A stretch of 42,075 bases of DNA from Fidelibacterota bacterium (GCA_049975265.1 JBNGDF010000020.1:1-42075); one strand, 5' to 3'. Positions 29,254-39,646 are shown, counted from the stretch's first letter. The notes: generated by a model not told the origin, from the letters alone. Numbers and translations are program-made.

Positions 29254-31584
29254 CTATCCTGCTGTTTTTTCGTACATTAATATTGCATCGGCAACGCCAA
29301 CCTGCCCCAGTGAAATACCGCCGTCATTACAAGGAACTGCGCTATGAGTATAAACATTAAATCCCTTTTTCTCAAGAGACTTTTTCAAATGCCGCAACAA
29401 ATAAATATTCATGAAAACCCCACCGCTCAAAACAACATCCCTGATTCCGGTTTTGGCACCGGCAATCTCTGCCCACATCGTCAAGCCGCGCCAAAGTCCG
29501 TTATGAAATTTTAATGAAATCTGATCAATTGCCGTTCCCGAGCGTATGTCGCTGACGAGCTGCCGAATCATCTCCGACCAGTCAAGTATCAATAATTTTT
29601 GGCTTTCAACAACCCTAAACTCGTAGGCGTAATTTTCCGGCTGCTGAATCAGTTGCTCAAACTCCACCGCCGGCTGACCTTCATAATTGGCAACGCCTCG
29701 AAGCCCGGCAATCGCCGCAACACCGTCGAATAACCTTCCGCAACTGCTGGTTGTCGGTGAATTAAAATTTTTCCTGAGCATAGTCGTAATCATTTCAATT
29801 TTTTCCGGTCCTGAATTCCGGACAAAAGGAATATCGGCAAGCCGGTCACCAAACACTTCATAAAGGTAACCGACACCCATCTGCCAGGGATTTTTGATTG
29901 CCGCCGAACCTCCCGGCATCCGGCATGTTTTGAAACAGCCGAGGCGTTCAAATTGATAACATTCTGCCAGTAGCAGCTCGCCACCCCAGATCGTTCCGTC
30001 GCTGCCGTAGCCGGTTCCATCCAGAACAATCGCCAACACTGGCTTGTTAATCTCGTTATCAAGCATACAAGATACGGCGTGAGCATGGTGATGCTGGACG
30101 CCGATTTTTCGAAGATTTTGTTCCCTTGAATAGACCAGCGCAAACTTTGTGCTGAGATAATCGGGATGCAAGTCACAGGCAACGATTTCCGGCTGAACGT
30201 CAAAAATATTCCGAAAGTGTGCAATGCCCGCTTCATAGGACTCAAGTACCGCCAGGTTTTCCATATCACCGATGTGATGTGAAATGTAAACCGTGTTGTC
30301 TTTGACAAGTGCAAAGGTATTTTTCTGCTCCGCACCGCAGGCGAGTATAGGCTGATTAAATTCCCGGTTCATAATCAATCTATCCGGCACATATCCCCTT
30401 GACCGTCGGAGCGGGTAAATTTTTCGCTGAAATTCCCTGACAACCGAATCGTCACAGCGAATATGGATTTCGCGGTCGTGCACGAGGAAATAATCGGCAA
30501 TCGAAATCAAGCGTGTAAGTGCATCATCATCTCTGTATGCAATCGGTTCTTCACTGACATTACCGCTGGTCATGACAAGCGGTTTCTTACAATATCGGAA
30601 CAGTATAAAATGCAGCGGTGCATACGGCAGCATAGCACCCAGATAGTGGTTGTCTGGAGCGACGCTGTCCGCCAGATTATACGATTTCTTTTTCTTTAAT
30701 AAAACAATCGGATGCGCCACCGATTCCAGCAATTCCGCTTCGCCGGCTTTTACCCGGCAAATCCGCTTGACGGCACTCAAATCGGGAAACATCACCGCAA
30801 ACGGTTTATCCTCGCGATATTTGCGTTTGCGCAATTCTGAAACCGCTTTTTCGCTGGTTGCATCACAAGCCAGATGATACCCCCCAACACCCTTTATTGC
30901 GATGATCTGATCATCAGTAAACAGTCGTTTCAGGTACTTAAACAATTCCTCGTATTCCGCTGATTTATAAGCCGTTACGATCGTCTTTCCGGTTTTTTCC
31001 TTCAATTCCAGATGGGGTCCGCAAACCGGACAGGCATTGGGTTGCGCGTGAAAACGCCGGTTGGTCGGATCATCGTATTCCGCCTGACAATCCGGACACA
31101 TCGAAAAGGCAGACATCGTCGTTTTAGGACGGTCATAGGGAATATCCTGTATGATTGTATAACGTGGTCCGCAATCGGTGCAGTTGATAAAAGGATATAA
31201 ATAGCGTCGGTTCTTCGGATCAAATAATTCTTTTCGGCAATCATGACAAACATCTAGGTCCGGTGAAACAGCGGCGGATTTTTCACCTTGCTGAGGACTC
31301 TGAAGTATTCGGAATTCTGCAAACTCTTTTCCCGAAGGAATCGTTGTCGCTGAATAACTGACGATTTTACTTCTTGGAGGAGGACTATCTTTTATCGTCG
31401 CCTCAAATAATTCAAGTTGCCTGTTATCGCCCTGAACGACGATTTTAACACCGGAACTATCGTTATGCACATATCCTTTGAGACTGTATTTCAGCGCCAG
31501 ATTGTAAATAAATGGGCGAAAACCGACTCCCTGAACGATTCCCCTAATGATGATTTCTTTGGTAGTATCCGTTATATTGCTCAT
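29254..31584 (-). CDS. hypF: Carbamoyltransferase HypF
   Basis: GIVQGVGFRPF, two zinc fingers, HHHAH, DGTGYG, NDGGISLGQ. Confidence 0.96.
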   Translation of the reverse strand: MSNITDTTKEIIIRGIVQGVGFRPFIYNLALKYSLKGYVHNDSSGVKIVVQGDNRQLELFEATIKDSPPPRSKIVSYSATTIPSGKEFAEFRILQSPQQGEKSAAVSPDLDVCHDCRKELFDPKNRRYLYPFINCTDCGPRYTIIQDIPYDRPKTTMSAFSMCPDCQAEYDDPTNRRFHAQPNACPVCGPHLELKEKTGKTIVTAYKSAEYEELFKYLKRLFTDDQIIAIKGVGGYHLACDATSEKAVSELRKRKYREDKPFAVMFPDLSAVKRICRVKAGEAELLESVAHPIVLLKKKKSYNLADSVAPDNHYLGAMLPYAPLHFILFRYCKKPLVMTSGNVSEEPIAYRDDDALTRLISIADYFLVHDREIHIRCDDSVVREFQRKIYPLRRSRGYVPDRLIMNREFNQPILACGAEQKNTFALVKDNTVYISHHIGDMENLAVLESYEAGIAHFRNIFDVQPEIVACDLHPDYLSTKFALVYSREQNLRKIGVQHHHAHAVSCMLDNEINKPVLAIVLDGTGYGSDGTIWGGELLLAECYQFERLGCFKTCRMPGGSAAIKNPWQMGVGYLYEVFGDRLADIPFVRNSGPEKIEMITTMLRKNFNSPTTSSCGRLFDGVAAIAGLRGVANYEGQPAVEFEQLIQQPENYAYEFRVVESQKLLILDWSEMIRQLVSDIRSGTAIDQISLKFHNGLWRGLTMWAEIAGAKTGIRDVVLSGGVFMNIYLLRHLKKSLEKKGFNVYTHSAVPCNDGGISLGQVGVADAILMYEKTAG

Positions 31585-31597
31585 AAAAATCAAGCCA

Positions 31598-31626
31598 ATT
31601 ATACACAATCTTCGGCAATTGCACAA
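31598..31626 (-). promoter_or_regulatory. Candidate promoter for hypFCDE
   Basis: Minus strand TTGTGC-N17-TATAAT with an extended -10 (TGTGTATAAT). Confidence 0.5.
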
Positions 31627-31677
31627 AATAATCCGGTATTTCGTTTTATTCGTGACGTCGCTCATTGCCAATCCCAG

Positions 31678-31730
31678 CACTCGTGACATCGTTCCCATGA
31701 CGTCACGTTTAGGTTAGATTACGGCATAGC
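31678..31730 (+). repeat. REP-like hairpin, same family as 21044-21069
   Basis: CACTCGTGACATCGT-TCCC-ATGACGTCACG...TTACGGCATAGC. Confidence 0.75.
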
Positions 31731-31866
31731 CTGTCGGGTGTAGCGGAGACCGGGAACGACCTAACCAATGGGTTGAATTTGGATTCAATAGTACCCATCT
31801 ATGCATCGCCACTGTAATATCCACCGATAATGGAAATTTTCCTGAGTTGCTGGTAAATTATCTATT

Positions 31867-32625
31867 ATGGAAAGAATTCATGCTCCCAAAAAACATACTG
31901 CCTGTTTTCGCTTTTATGAAGAATTGAATGACTTCCTTGGTGATGAACAAAAGAAAAAATCATTTCCGGTTACGTTCATTGGAAATCCATCGATCAAAGA
32001 TACGATTGAAGCGATTGGTGTTCCTCATACAGAAATCGATTTGATTCTTGTCAATTCAGTCTCAGTAGGCTTCGACTACCGACTAAAAGGTGAAGAACGA
32101 GTATCGGTCTACCCGGTATTTGAATCCCTGGACATCACACCCCTGCTTCACCTGCGCCCAGAACCGCTGCGAAATACAAAATTTATTGCCGATGTCAATC
32201 TGGGCAGGCTGGCGCGAAAACTCAGGCTGGGCGGTTTTGACACTCTCTACAAAAATAACTATTCTGACAATGAGATCATTTGCCTGTCCCTGAATGAAAA
32301 GCGCATCATTCTGACCCGGGACAGAGGCATTCTGAAACACAATACTGTTACCCACGGTTACTGGATTCGTAATACAAATTCCAGCAAACAATTGCAAGAG
32401 GTCATCCGTTATTTTCAGTTACAAAACAGTATGTTGCCTTTCACACGATGCCCGTGCTGTAACGGACTTTTGGAAGAAGTTGATAAGACAGAGATCACAA
32501 ACCGAATACCAGAAAAAACCGCTTACCATTTTAATAACTTTAAGAAGTGCCCTGATTGTGGAAAAATTTACTGGCAGGGATCGCATTTCACAAAAATCCG
32601 GAAAATGATTGAGCAATTGCGGTAA
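31867..32625 (+). CDS. Mut7-C RNase-domain protein with N-terminal ubiquitin-like domain
   Basis: RFYEELNDFL, GVPHTEID, FIADVNLGRLARKLR, LTRDRG, RCPCCN, CPDCGKIYWQGSH. Confidence 0.9.
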   Translation: MERIHAPKKHTACFRFYEELNDFLGDEQKKKSFPVTFIGNPSIKDTIEAIGVPHTEIDLILVNSVSVGFDYRLKGEERVSVYPVFESLDITPLLHLRPEPLRNTKFIADVNLGRLARKLRLGGFDTLYKNNYSDNEIICLSLNEKRIILTRDRGILKHNTVTHGYWIRNTNSSKQLQEVIRYFQLQNSMLPFTRCPCCNGLLEEVDKTEITNRIPEKTAYHFNNFKKCPDCGKIYWQGSHFTKIRKMIEQLR

Positions 32626-32632
32626 TGTTCCT

Positions 32633-32679
32633 CTCGTCATGTTGCTCCTGCGACGTGATGAATGAACTTACGGCGTAGG
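32633..32679 (+). repeat. REP-like hairpin, divergent copy of the same family
   Basis: CTCGTCATGTTGC-TCCT-GCGACGTGATG...TTACGGCGTAGG. Confidence 0.6.
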
Positions 32680-32838
32680 AACGCTGTAACCAGTGGATTA
32701 ACGAAGATTACTCCGTTTGTGAAGTCGCTCCTCCCTGAATGACTCCGATTAATCGAGGTCGGAATTCGGCGGACTGCATCGTCATGTTGTTTTCCGGTTC
32801 TGGGCGTCCCCGTCCGGAACCTATGTACGCTGCGACAT

Positions 32839-33822
32839 CTACTGCCGCTGCATCCTTCCGAGGACCTGATCGATCACCTGGTTGGTCTGCGCGGCTGTCC
32901 TGCCGGTGCTGGGGCATCTCCTCCGCCCGCTGAGTTCATCAACGATCGTCTGGATCAACGGCTGTTGGATATGTTTCGGAGAATCAATTTTGTATTCTTT
33001 ATAGCGATGTTTTGTATGCACGATAAACGGAGAATCACCAAAGGTTGCATACCTGATTCTGCCCTTAGATCCGATAATATCCGTCTGATCAAGGTTTTCA
33101 CTTGAAGTAAAACACCAAATACCCGAACCCAATACACCATTTTCAAATCTATAGTTGGCGCTGACAATGTCTTCGGCTTCGTACAAACCGGCTTGGTTTT
33201 TGGAAATACCGTTTACCTCGGAAATAGAGCCCAGCAGATATTGCATCAGATCAATCATATGTGAACCAAGGTCGCAGAAGTACCCGCAACCGGCAATTTT
33301 CGGATCAATGCGCCAGTGATACTCCTTTTGACGGTCTTTGTCGGATATTTCCCGTAAAAATGTGACATTGACTGCCCGAATATCACCGATATCGCCCCTT
33401 TCGATAATTCGTTTAATTTTTAAAAACCGCGGCAGTGCCCGACGGTAATAAGCAACAAAAAGCGGCACTCCGGCTTTTTCGCAGGCATCAATCATCTGCT
33501 GACATTGGACGTAGCTGCAAGCCATCGGTTTTTCTACATAAACCGGCTTTCCCGCCTGAGCGACTTTGAACGTGTATTCTTTATGAGACGATGGCGGCGT
33601 AGCAATGTAAACGGCATCCACTTCAGGATCGTTGATCAATAAATCGGCATCATCATACCATTTGGGAACCCCGTGACGTCGGGCATAATCCCGTGCTAAT
33701 TGACCGTTCCGGCGCATGACTGCAACCAGTTCGGAATTTTTCGCTTTCTGAAAACCCGGACCGCTTTTACGCTCCGTCACATCGCCGCAGCCGATGATTC
33801 CCCAGCGAATATTACGCATCAA
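32839..33822 (-). CDS. Gfo/Idh/MocA-family oxidoreductase
   Basis: WGIIGCG, YIATPP..H, VEKP, DLGSHMID. Confidence 0.92.
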   Translation of the reverse strand: MMRNIRWGIIGCGDVTERKSGPGFQKAKNSELVAVMRRNGQLARDYARRHGVPKWYDDADLLINDPEVDAVYIATPPSSHKEYTFKVAQAGKPVYVEKPMACSYVQCQQMIDACEKAGVPLFVAYYRRALPRFLKIKRIIERGDIGDIRAVNVTFLREISDKDRQKEYHWRIDPKIAGCGYFCDLGSHMIDLMQYLLGSISEVNGISKNQAGLYEAEDIVSANYRFENGVLGSGIWCFTSSENLDQTDIIGSKGRIRYATFGDSPFIVHTKHRYKEYKIDSPKHIQQPLIQTIVDELSGRRRCPSTGRTAAQTNQVIDQVLGRMQRQ

Positions 33823-33853
33823 ACCTCACCATTAATCCAAAACAACCGCCGCC

Positions 33854-35491
33854 TTACTGATTCTGACGCACATCATCCTTGATACGCTGAATATGACCGC
33901 GTCCCAACCCCTTGACTTCACATTCCAGTTCAAAGTATCTGCGGATTTTGTCATCATCCAAAATTCCAAAGCAGTCAATAATTGCCGCCGGTTGACCGAT
34001 TTTTCCAACTACATATTCGGGATCAAGATCAAGGTAAGCCGCATGCCGGACCGCCAATATAACGGCTTTTACGCCGTTGAGGGCTTTGTCCAGATTCTGT
34101 TCAATACGCAGCTCTTTCAATTTTTCCTGATTTCTGAAAAACCGCGCCTTGCTGTGATCGGGACTGGGATAGCTGTCCTGCAATTCAAATTCCCACCAAT
34201 GCTGAACATAGGGATCGTGGACGCGAATTTCGGCGCCCATTTCCGTCAGTTTACGGACGATAATTTCCGAGCCGCTGTAACGGGTGTCGCCCACATCCTC
34301 CCGGTACGCTGCACCCAGTACCAGTACTTGCGCAGCGGCGATTTGCTCACCCATGTTCCGCAGTGCATCTCTAGTCAATTCGGCAGCATGCAAACCCCGG
34401 GTATCGTTAATATCAATCGCCACCGGGGTCATTTTAAAAATATCGTCATTCCAGCCGAGAATATGTCGATACGCCCAGATACCCAAACCACCGTCTTTCG
34501 GCAGACAGTAACCGCCGATGCCGGGACCGGGGAAAATCATATTGCTGTGCGTCGGACGAACCTTAATCGCATTGATGACTTTGATTAAATCGACGCCGTT
34601 TCGCTCTGCAAACAGACTCCACTCATCCAGAAACGCTAGAATCGTTGCACGGTAGCTGTTTTCCACAATCTTGGCTGTCTCCGATTCAATCGGGCGATCC
34701 ATAACCGTCAGTGGGAATTTATCCGTATTTAAAACCTCATTCAGAAACTTTACAACCTTTTCACGGGCTTTGTCATTAATCCCGCTGCAAACGCGCCAGA
34801 AATCGCGAATACTTGCCACGTAATGCCGACCGGGCATCACCCGTTCGTAACTATGAGCTAAAAGCGGATCAGACTTAATACCGCGTTTTTTAAAAATATC
34901 TTTCATAATTGGAAACGCTACATGCTCCGTTGTGCCCGGCGCCACCGTCGTTTCAATCAGCACCAGCGTTTCCGGCGAAATATGTTCGGCAATTACGCCA
35001 ATCGATTTTTCCAGTGCCGCCATATCGGTCTGACCGGTACGGACATTTCCCAGATCATCTTTCAAATAATCGCATTGCACATCGACGACAACCACATCCG
35101 CCAGTTTCAGTACGTCGTAAGTATAAGTGGCGATCAGGGTCTTTTTCGTCTTCACACACCGCTTGATCATCGGGTCCACTTCAGGGTCTTCGGCTTTGAC
35201 CGGCGAAACGCCCCGATTCAGCAGTGGAATTTTCCAAAAACTACGCACGCTGGGGCGCTGCATCCCGATTACAAACTTCGAAGGATTACCCTTTTTATCC
35301 ACGGTGTCCGCCACAATTGCCGCCATTACAGCACCCACAAAACCAACCCCCATAACCACGACAATTTCACGCCCTTTTTCACGCTCACTTTGTACCCGCT
35401 CTTTCAGCCTCAAAAACTCAGACTGGTACTCGTTTTCATTCGGAATTCTGAATTTCTCACCCGCCGGACTAATCGAATATTTTTCCTGCAT
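33854..35491 (-). CDS. Nucleotide-sugar dehydrogenase (UDP-glucose/GDP-mannose dehydrogenase family)
   Basis: GVGFVG, ETTVAPGTT, KIVENSYR, GPGIGGYCLPKD, DVGDTRYS. Confidence 0.9.
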   Translation of the reverse strand: MQEKYSISPAGEKFRIPNENEYQSEFLRLKERVQSEREKGREIVVVMGVGFVGAVMAAIVADTVDKKGNPSKFVIGMQRPSVRSFWKIPLLNRGVSPVKAEDPEVDPMIKRCVKTKKTLIATYTYDVLKLADVVVVDVQCDYLKDDLGNVRTGQTDMAALEKSIGVIAEHISPETLVLIETTVAPGTTEHVAFPIMKDIFKKRGIKSDPLLAHSYERVMPGRHYVASIRDFWRVCSGINDKAREKVVKFLNEVLNTDKFPLTVMDRPIESETAKIVENSYRATILAFLDEWSLFAERNGVDLIKVINAIKVRPTHSNMIFPGPGIGGYCLPKDGGLGIWAYRHILGWNDDIFKMTPVAIDINDTRGLHAAELTRDALRNMGEQIAAAQVLVLGAAYREDVGDTRYSGSEIIVRKLTEMGAEIRVHDPYVQHWWEFELQDSYPSPDHSKARFFRNQEKLKELRIEQNLDKALNGVKAVILAVRHAAYLDLDPEYVVGKIGQPAAIIDCFGILDDDKIRRYFELECEVKGLGRGHIQRIKDDVRQNQ

Positions 35492-35614
35492 TGCTTCTCC
35501 TTAAAAATGGATAAACTGTAGTTCTTTCTTAATTTTTCAATACTACGTCTGAAAACCGACCAAATATTGGCAGAATATCTGTCAAATTCAATGTTTTTGT
35601 CGGAAAATGTGATT

Positions 35615-36307
35615 TTATTGGAAAAGGTTCGTCGGTGCGGTGTTTAGCGGTTCGATACAGCGTGGCGAGTTGTTTTGAACATTATTGACATACGTTGATA
35701 CAGGATAAGCTTCCAATTCACCGGAACAGGGTTTCAGGATTTTCAGAGCCTCATGGAGGCGGTTACCGTCACACTGCAACCAGACATCCAGCTGATCCGG
35801 CTGTAAAACTGCCGGCATTCGCGGATGAATAAATTCCAGTTCTTGGCTTGCCGCACTTGTGATGACAGTATAGGTAAATACCGGATTTCCCTGATTATCA
35901 GATACTTGTGACCAGAGACCAGCCATCGGTAAAATCCGCCGATCCGGCTTTGTGATGTAATACGGCTGCTTCCCTGTAGATATTTTTTGCCATTCATAAT
36001 AACCATCAGTAATGACAACACAGCGGTTATTCGCAAGCAAGTCAGAAAAACTCCGCTTTTCCGTCAGCGTCTCGGAACGGGCATTGATAAAGATGGGCGG
36101 ATTCGGTTTATCCTGTGCCCAGATGGGAACCAATCCCCACCGCATCGGTTTGACAATTCGCTGACCGTCATATATCAAAATCGGCATGGTTGCCGTCGGT
36201 GCTACGTTGTAATTGGGCTGATGATCAAAGGAATCGTCCCATATCTGGATGGACAGCTCCTCGATGATCTCCATCTTACCTTTGGTTAATGTCTTTCGCC
36301 CGCACAC
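35615..36307 (-). CDS. SOS response-associated peptidase (SRAP/YedK/HMCES-like)
   Basis: N-terminal MCGR (GTG start), YNVAPT, WGL, NARSET, GYYEW, HPRMP. Confidence 0.94.
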   Translation of the reverse strand: MCGRKTLTKGKMEIIEELSIQIWDDSFDHQPNYNVAPTATMPILIYDGQRIVKPMRWGLVPIWAQDKPNPPIFINARSETLTEKRSFSDLLANNRCVVITDGYYEWQKISTGKQPYYITKPDRRILPMAGLWSQVSDNQGNPVFTYTVITSAASQELEFIHPRMPAVLQPDQLDVWLQCDGNRLHEALKILKPCSGELEAYPVSTYVNNVQNNSPRCIEPLNTAPTNLFQ

Positions 36308-36319
36308 GGTTCTAATTTA

Positions 36320-36485
36320 CACGGAGTTTCACAGAGAATCCACTGAGATGCACAGAGATTTTATTAATATTTCACTTCAAATGCCTAGATCACAAAGAAT
36401 CAGCAAAGAACAGCACTTATTGCAATTTAATTTCAACATAAACATTTCTCCGTGTTTCCCTGTGTTAACTCTGTGAACCTCTGTG
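36320..36485. repeat. Heptamer-array palindrome E1 (solo)
   Basis: CAC(G/A/T)GAG at 36320, 36330, 36341, 36351; inverted heptamers at 36448, 36458, 36469, 36479; 90-bp AT-rich centre. Confidence 0.85.
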
Positions 36486-36497
36486 TCAAAAAATCTC

Positions 36498-39400
36498 TCA
36501 CCATTCCGTCGCATAGCGGGTTTCCGTCATAACCGGTTTACGAATAATCCCTTCTTTCTTCGGCATCAGTTTCTCCGTAATCCGCCGCAAACTGCCCAGT
36601 TTCTCCACCGTAATTGTATGAACACCAAATGCGACCTCCACCTTTCCCCGAATTACAAACAGGCTTTCCCAGTTCAGCAGATCGCCGAATTCTTTATAAA
36701 TCTCCGGAAACATCACGCATTCAAATATATCGGTTTCATCTTCAAAGGTCACAAACTCCATGGGTTCGCGCTGCCGGGTTGAGGTTACTTTGCGGGTAAT
36801 GTAAACCCCCGCCAGGTTAATCGTCTGCCCCACGAGTTGCGGGATATCCCTCGCTTTACGGACCCGATCGCCTAAAACCGGCAGATAGCGTTCCAGCGGA
36901 TGCTCGGAAATCGGGAATCCGAAAGATTCAATCTCCAGCGTAATGCGTTCCTGATGCGTCAGGGGCTCCCGGGAATAGGGAATCTGCACCGGTTCTCCCA
37001 CCCCGTCCTGCAGGTAATAGCTGGCGACCTGAAATGCGATTTCCTTGTGATTCATTTCCGGCTCCAGCTCCGCAAAACAGCCGGCGTTGGTCAGTGCCAT
37101 GGCATCCGCCAGATCAATATCCACCCGCACCAGGAAATCTTTCAATGACTTGAACTCACCGGCTTTGCGCTCCGCCAGAATCGCAGCTACCGCCTTGCTT
37201 TGCAGGTTTTTGATTGCCATGAATCCTATCCGAATCCGGTCCTTACGCCCGCGGTATTCCCGCCAACTGGTATTGACATAAGGCGGCAGAATTTTGATAC
37301 CAAAGCGCCGGGCTTCACTCAAATAAGCAAACGCCGAATAATAACCGCCCTGATTGGAGATCACCGCCGCCAGGAATTCCGCCGGGTAATGGGCTTTCAG
37401 ATAGGCGCAGGTAAAGGACAGCATGGCGTAAGACGCCGAGTGCGGTTTGCAAAAGGAATAACCGGAAAAGGACTCAATCATGCTCCAGAGCGTCTCCGCC
37501 AATTCCCGGGTATAGCCGCGATGCACGGACCCGTCGATGAACTTCTGTCTCCAGATTGGAACTAAATGCGCCAGCGCCGGACGGGAAATAACCTTGCGCA
37601 CGTAGTCGGATTCCGCATAGCCGAAACCGGCAATGTCCCGCGCCACCATGGAGACCTGCTCCTCGTACACCATAATTCCGTAGCTCTCTGACAGGCATTT
37701 CAAATCGGGATGCAGCAATTTCCAGGGTTTACCATGAATCCGCTCCAGCATAATATTGATAAAACGGTTCGCCGCCGGGCGAATAATCGACGAGTAAATC
37801 ACCACATGCTCAAAATCCACTTTGCCCGCCTTTTGCAGTAGTTGCCGGGTCGCCGGGCTTTCGATATAAAACACGCCCATGGTGCGCCCGGCTTTCATCA
37901 ACGCTTCGGTTTTTGGATCGCCGATGGGCTGGATTTTGTGATAATCCATATATTCGCTGCGATACAGCCCAATCTGCTTCAACGTGTCCCGCACCACCGC
38001 CAGCGAGCGGTTACCGAGGATATCAATCTTCAACAATCCCGAATCTTCGACCTGATCTTTTTCCCACTCCACAATCTGAACACCCTTTGGTGCAACCAGC
38101 ACCGGCACGTACTTGCGGATTTCATCGGGCGCAATAATAATGCCGCCGGGATGTACCGACGACGTGCGAAACGCACCAACGATCTTTTCACTTTGCTGAA
38201 TAATCTGAAGCAATGTATCATCAAGATCAATGTTTTTGAAGCGGGGATCATTGCGAATCCATTCCAGCAATTGAGTTTTGCGGGCAAAATACCCGATCCG
38301 CTTTGTGACCGACTTTATCTCTTCATTTGACAAACCATACACTTTGCTCACTTCTCTGATTGCCGACCGCGGCTGCATAAATACCTGGCTGGACACCATA
38401 GCAGTCCGTTCATTGCCATATTTTTTAAAAATGTAATCCAGAATGTCGTCGCGCTCATCCCAGGGAAAATCCACATCAATATCAGGCATGTCAACCCGTT
38501 CCGGATGAATAAACCGCTCAAAAACCAGGTTGTACTTAATCGGGTCCACCTGAGTAATGAACAGGCAGTAGCTGACCACCGACGCTGCTCCGGAACCGCG
38601 CCCAATCGTAGAGTTTGTCTGCCGAACAATGTCCCAGACTACCAGGAAATAGGGTGCAAAACCCTTCTGCGTGATCAGCTTCAATTCGTACTCGATCCGG
38701 TCTCTGATTTTTTCACTGATCGCACCGTAACGCCGTTTGGCGCCTTCGTACACCAGCTTACGCAACTGCCGGTTGGCTTTATAGGTTTCCTTCAGTGACA
38801 TGTTCGGGAAAATCGTATTCACATAATTCCAGTCGGTCTTGCAGCGTTCCGCCAGATATTGGGAGTTGTTGATCGCCGCCAGGCTGTTGGGAAAGAGCCT
38901 GATCATCTCCTTTTCGGAACGAAAGAAATGGCGTTCACTCTTATAATCGCCGGACTCCAATTGCGATAATGTCTTGTTTCTATCAATGGCTCGCAGGATT
39001 TTATGGGTTTTCTGATCATTGGGATTCAGAAAACAGACATCGCCGGTGGCGACAATCTCCAGATGAAACAGGCGACTCAGCTGCCAGGCATGCCGTTCCG
39101 TAACACCGGGGCGCAATTCCACAAACAGGTGCGTCTCCGGCACGAAACACGCCAGTTTTGCCAGAACCGTCTCCTGGTGACTCAGGACAAACAGCCCGGA
39201 CTTCCGCTTTGCCAGCAAATCTGTAACGGACCGTTCCGGATCATCGTGGACTGCCGAAATAATCCGGCACAGGTTTTCGTAGCCCTGCCGGCTTTCCGCC
39301 AGCAAAATGGTATCCTCACCCGCACTGAGGATATTTGTGCCCGCTATGGGCTTAATAGCCGCCTCCTTCGCCAATTGGACAAATCGGATAAACCCCCAGA

Positions 39401-39527
39401 GTCCGTTGACTTCGGTCAATGCCAGATATTGCTGACCATGGGCTTGCGCCCGGGCAAGCAGCTCCTGAGGCGAAGCGGTGCCGCGCATTTTGGAAAATGT
39501 CGAGTGTGTATTCAGATGGACAAACAT
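36498..39527 (-). CDS. dnaE2: C-family DNA polymerase III alpha subunit, error-prone DnaE2-type by context
   Basis: Degenerate PHP domain (HLNTHS, LTEV), GRGSGAAS, PDIDVDF, LKIDILG, YSFCKPHS, OB fold; lies in an operon with lexA and imuB. Confidence 0.85.
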   Translation of the reverse strand: MFVHLNTHSTFSKMRGTASPQELLARAQAHGQQYLALTEVNGLWGFIRFVQLAKEAAIKPIAGTNILSAGEDTILLAESRQGYENLCRIISAVHDDPERSVTDLLAKRKSGLFVLSHQETVLAKLACFVPETHLFVELRPGVTERHAWQLSRLFHLEIVATGDVCFLNPNDQKTHKILRAIDRNKTLSQLESGDYKSERHFFRSEKEMIRLFPNSLAAINNSQYLAERCKTDWNYVNTIFPNMSLKETYKANRQLRKLVYEGAKRRYGAISEKIRDRIEYELKLITQKGFAPYFLVVWDIVRQTNSTIGRGSGAASVVSYCLFITQVDPIKYNLVFERFIHPERVDMPDIDVDFPWDERDDILDYIFKKYGNERTAMVSSQVFMQPRSAIREVSKVYGLSNEEIKSVTKRIGYFARKTQLLEWIRNDPRFKNIDLDDTLLQIIQQSEKIVGAFRTSSVHPGGIIIAPDEIRKYVPVLVAPKGVQIVEWEKDQVEDSGLLKIDILGNRSLAVVRDTLKQIGLYRSEYMDYHKIQPIGDPKTEALMKAGRTMGVFYIESPATRQLLQKAGKVDFEHVVIYSSIIRPAANRFINIMLERIHGKPWKLLHPDLKCLSESYGIMVYEEQVSMVARDIAGFGYAESDYVRKVISRPALAHLVPIWRQKFIDGSVHRGYTRELAETLWSMIESFSGYSFCKPHSASYAMLSFTCAYLKAHYPAEFLAAVISNQGGYYSAFAYLSEARRFGIKILPPYVNTSWREYRGRKDRIRIGFMAIKNLQSKAVAAILAERKAGEFKSLKDFLVRVDIDLADAMALTNAGCFAELEPEMNHKEIAFQVASYYLQDGVGEPVQIPYSREPLTHQERITLEIESFGFPISEHPLERYLPVLGDRVRKARDIPQLVGQTINLAGVYITRKVTSTRQREPMEFVTFEDETDIFECVMFPEIYKEFGDLLNWESLFVIRGKVEVAFGVHTITVEKLGSLRRITEKLMPKKEGIIRKPVMTETRYATEW

Positions 39528-39540
39528 GGTTTTTTAGCTA

Positions 39541-39646
39541 CACGGAGATACACAGAGGTAACACGGAGTTACACTGAGCACTATTTAAAAAAGAAAAAAT
39601 CTCCGTGGCTTTCCGTGAATCCTTCGTGTTGCTCCGTGTCATAATC
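39541..39646. repeat. Heptamer-array palindrome E2
   Basis: Heptamers at 39541, 39551, 39562, 39572 and inverted at 39601, 39611, 39622, 39632. 39561-39646 is identical to 40061-40146. Confidence 0.95.

Noticed and set aside
32708..32933. Short ORFs downstream of the Gfo/Idh/MocA gene
   Set aside because: They overlap the gene end and degenerate repeat sequence, with no protein-like motifs.
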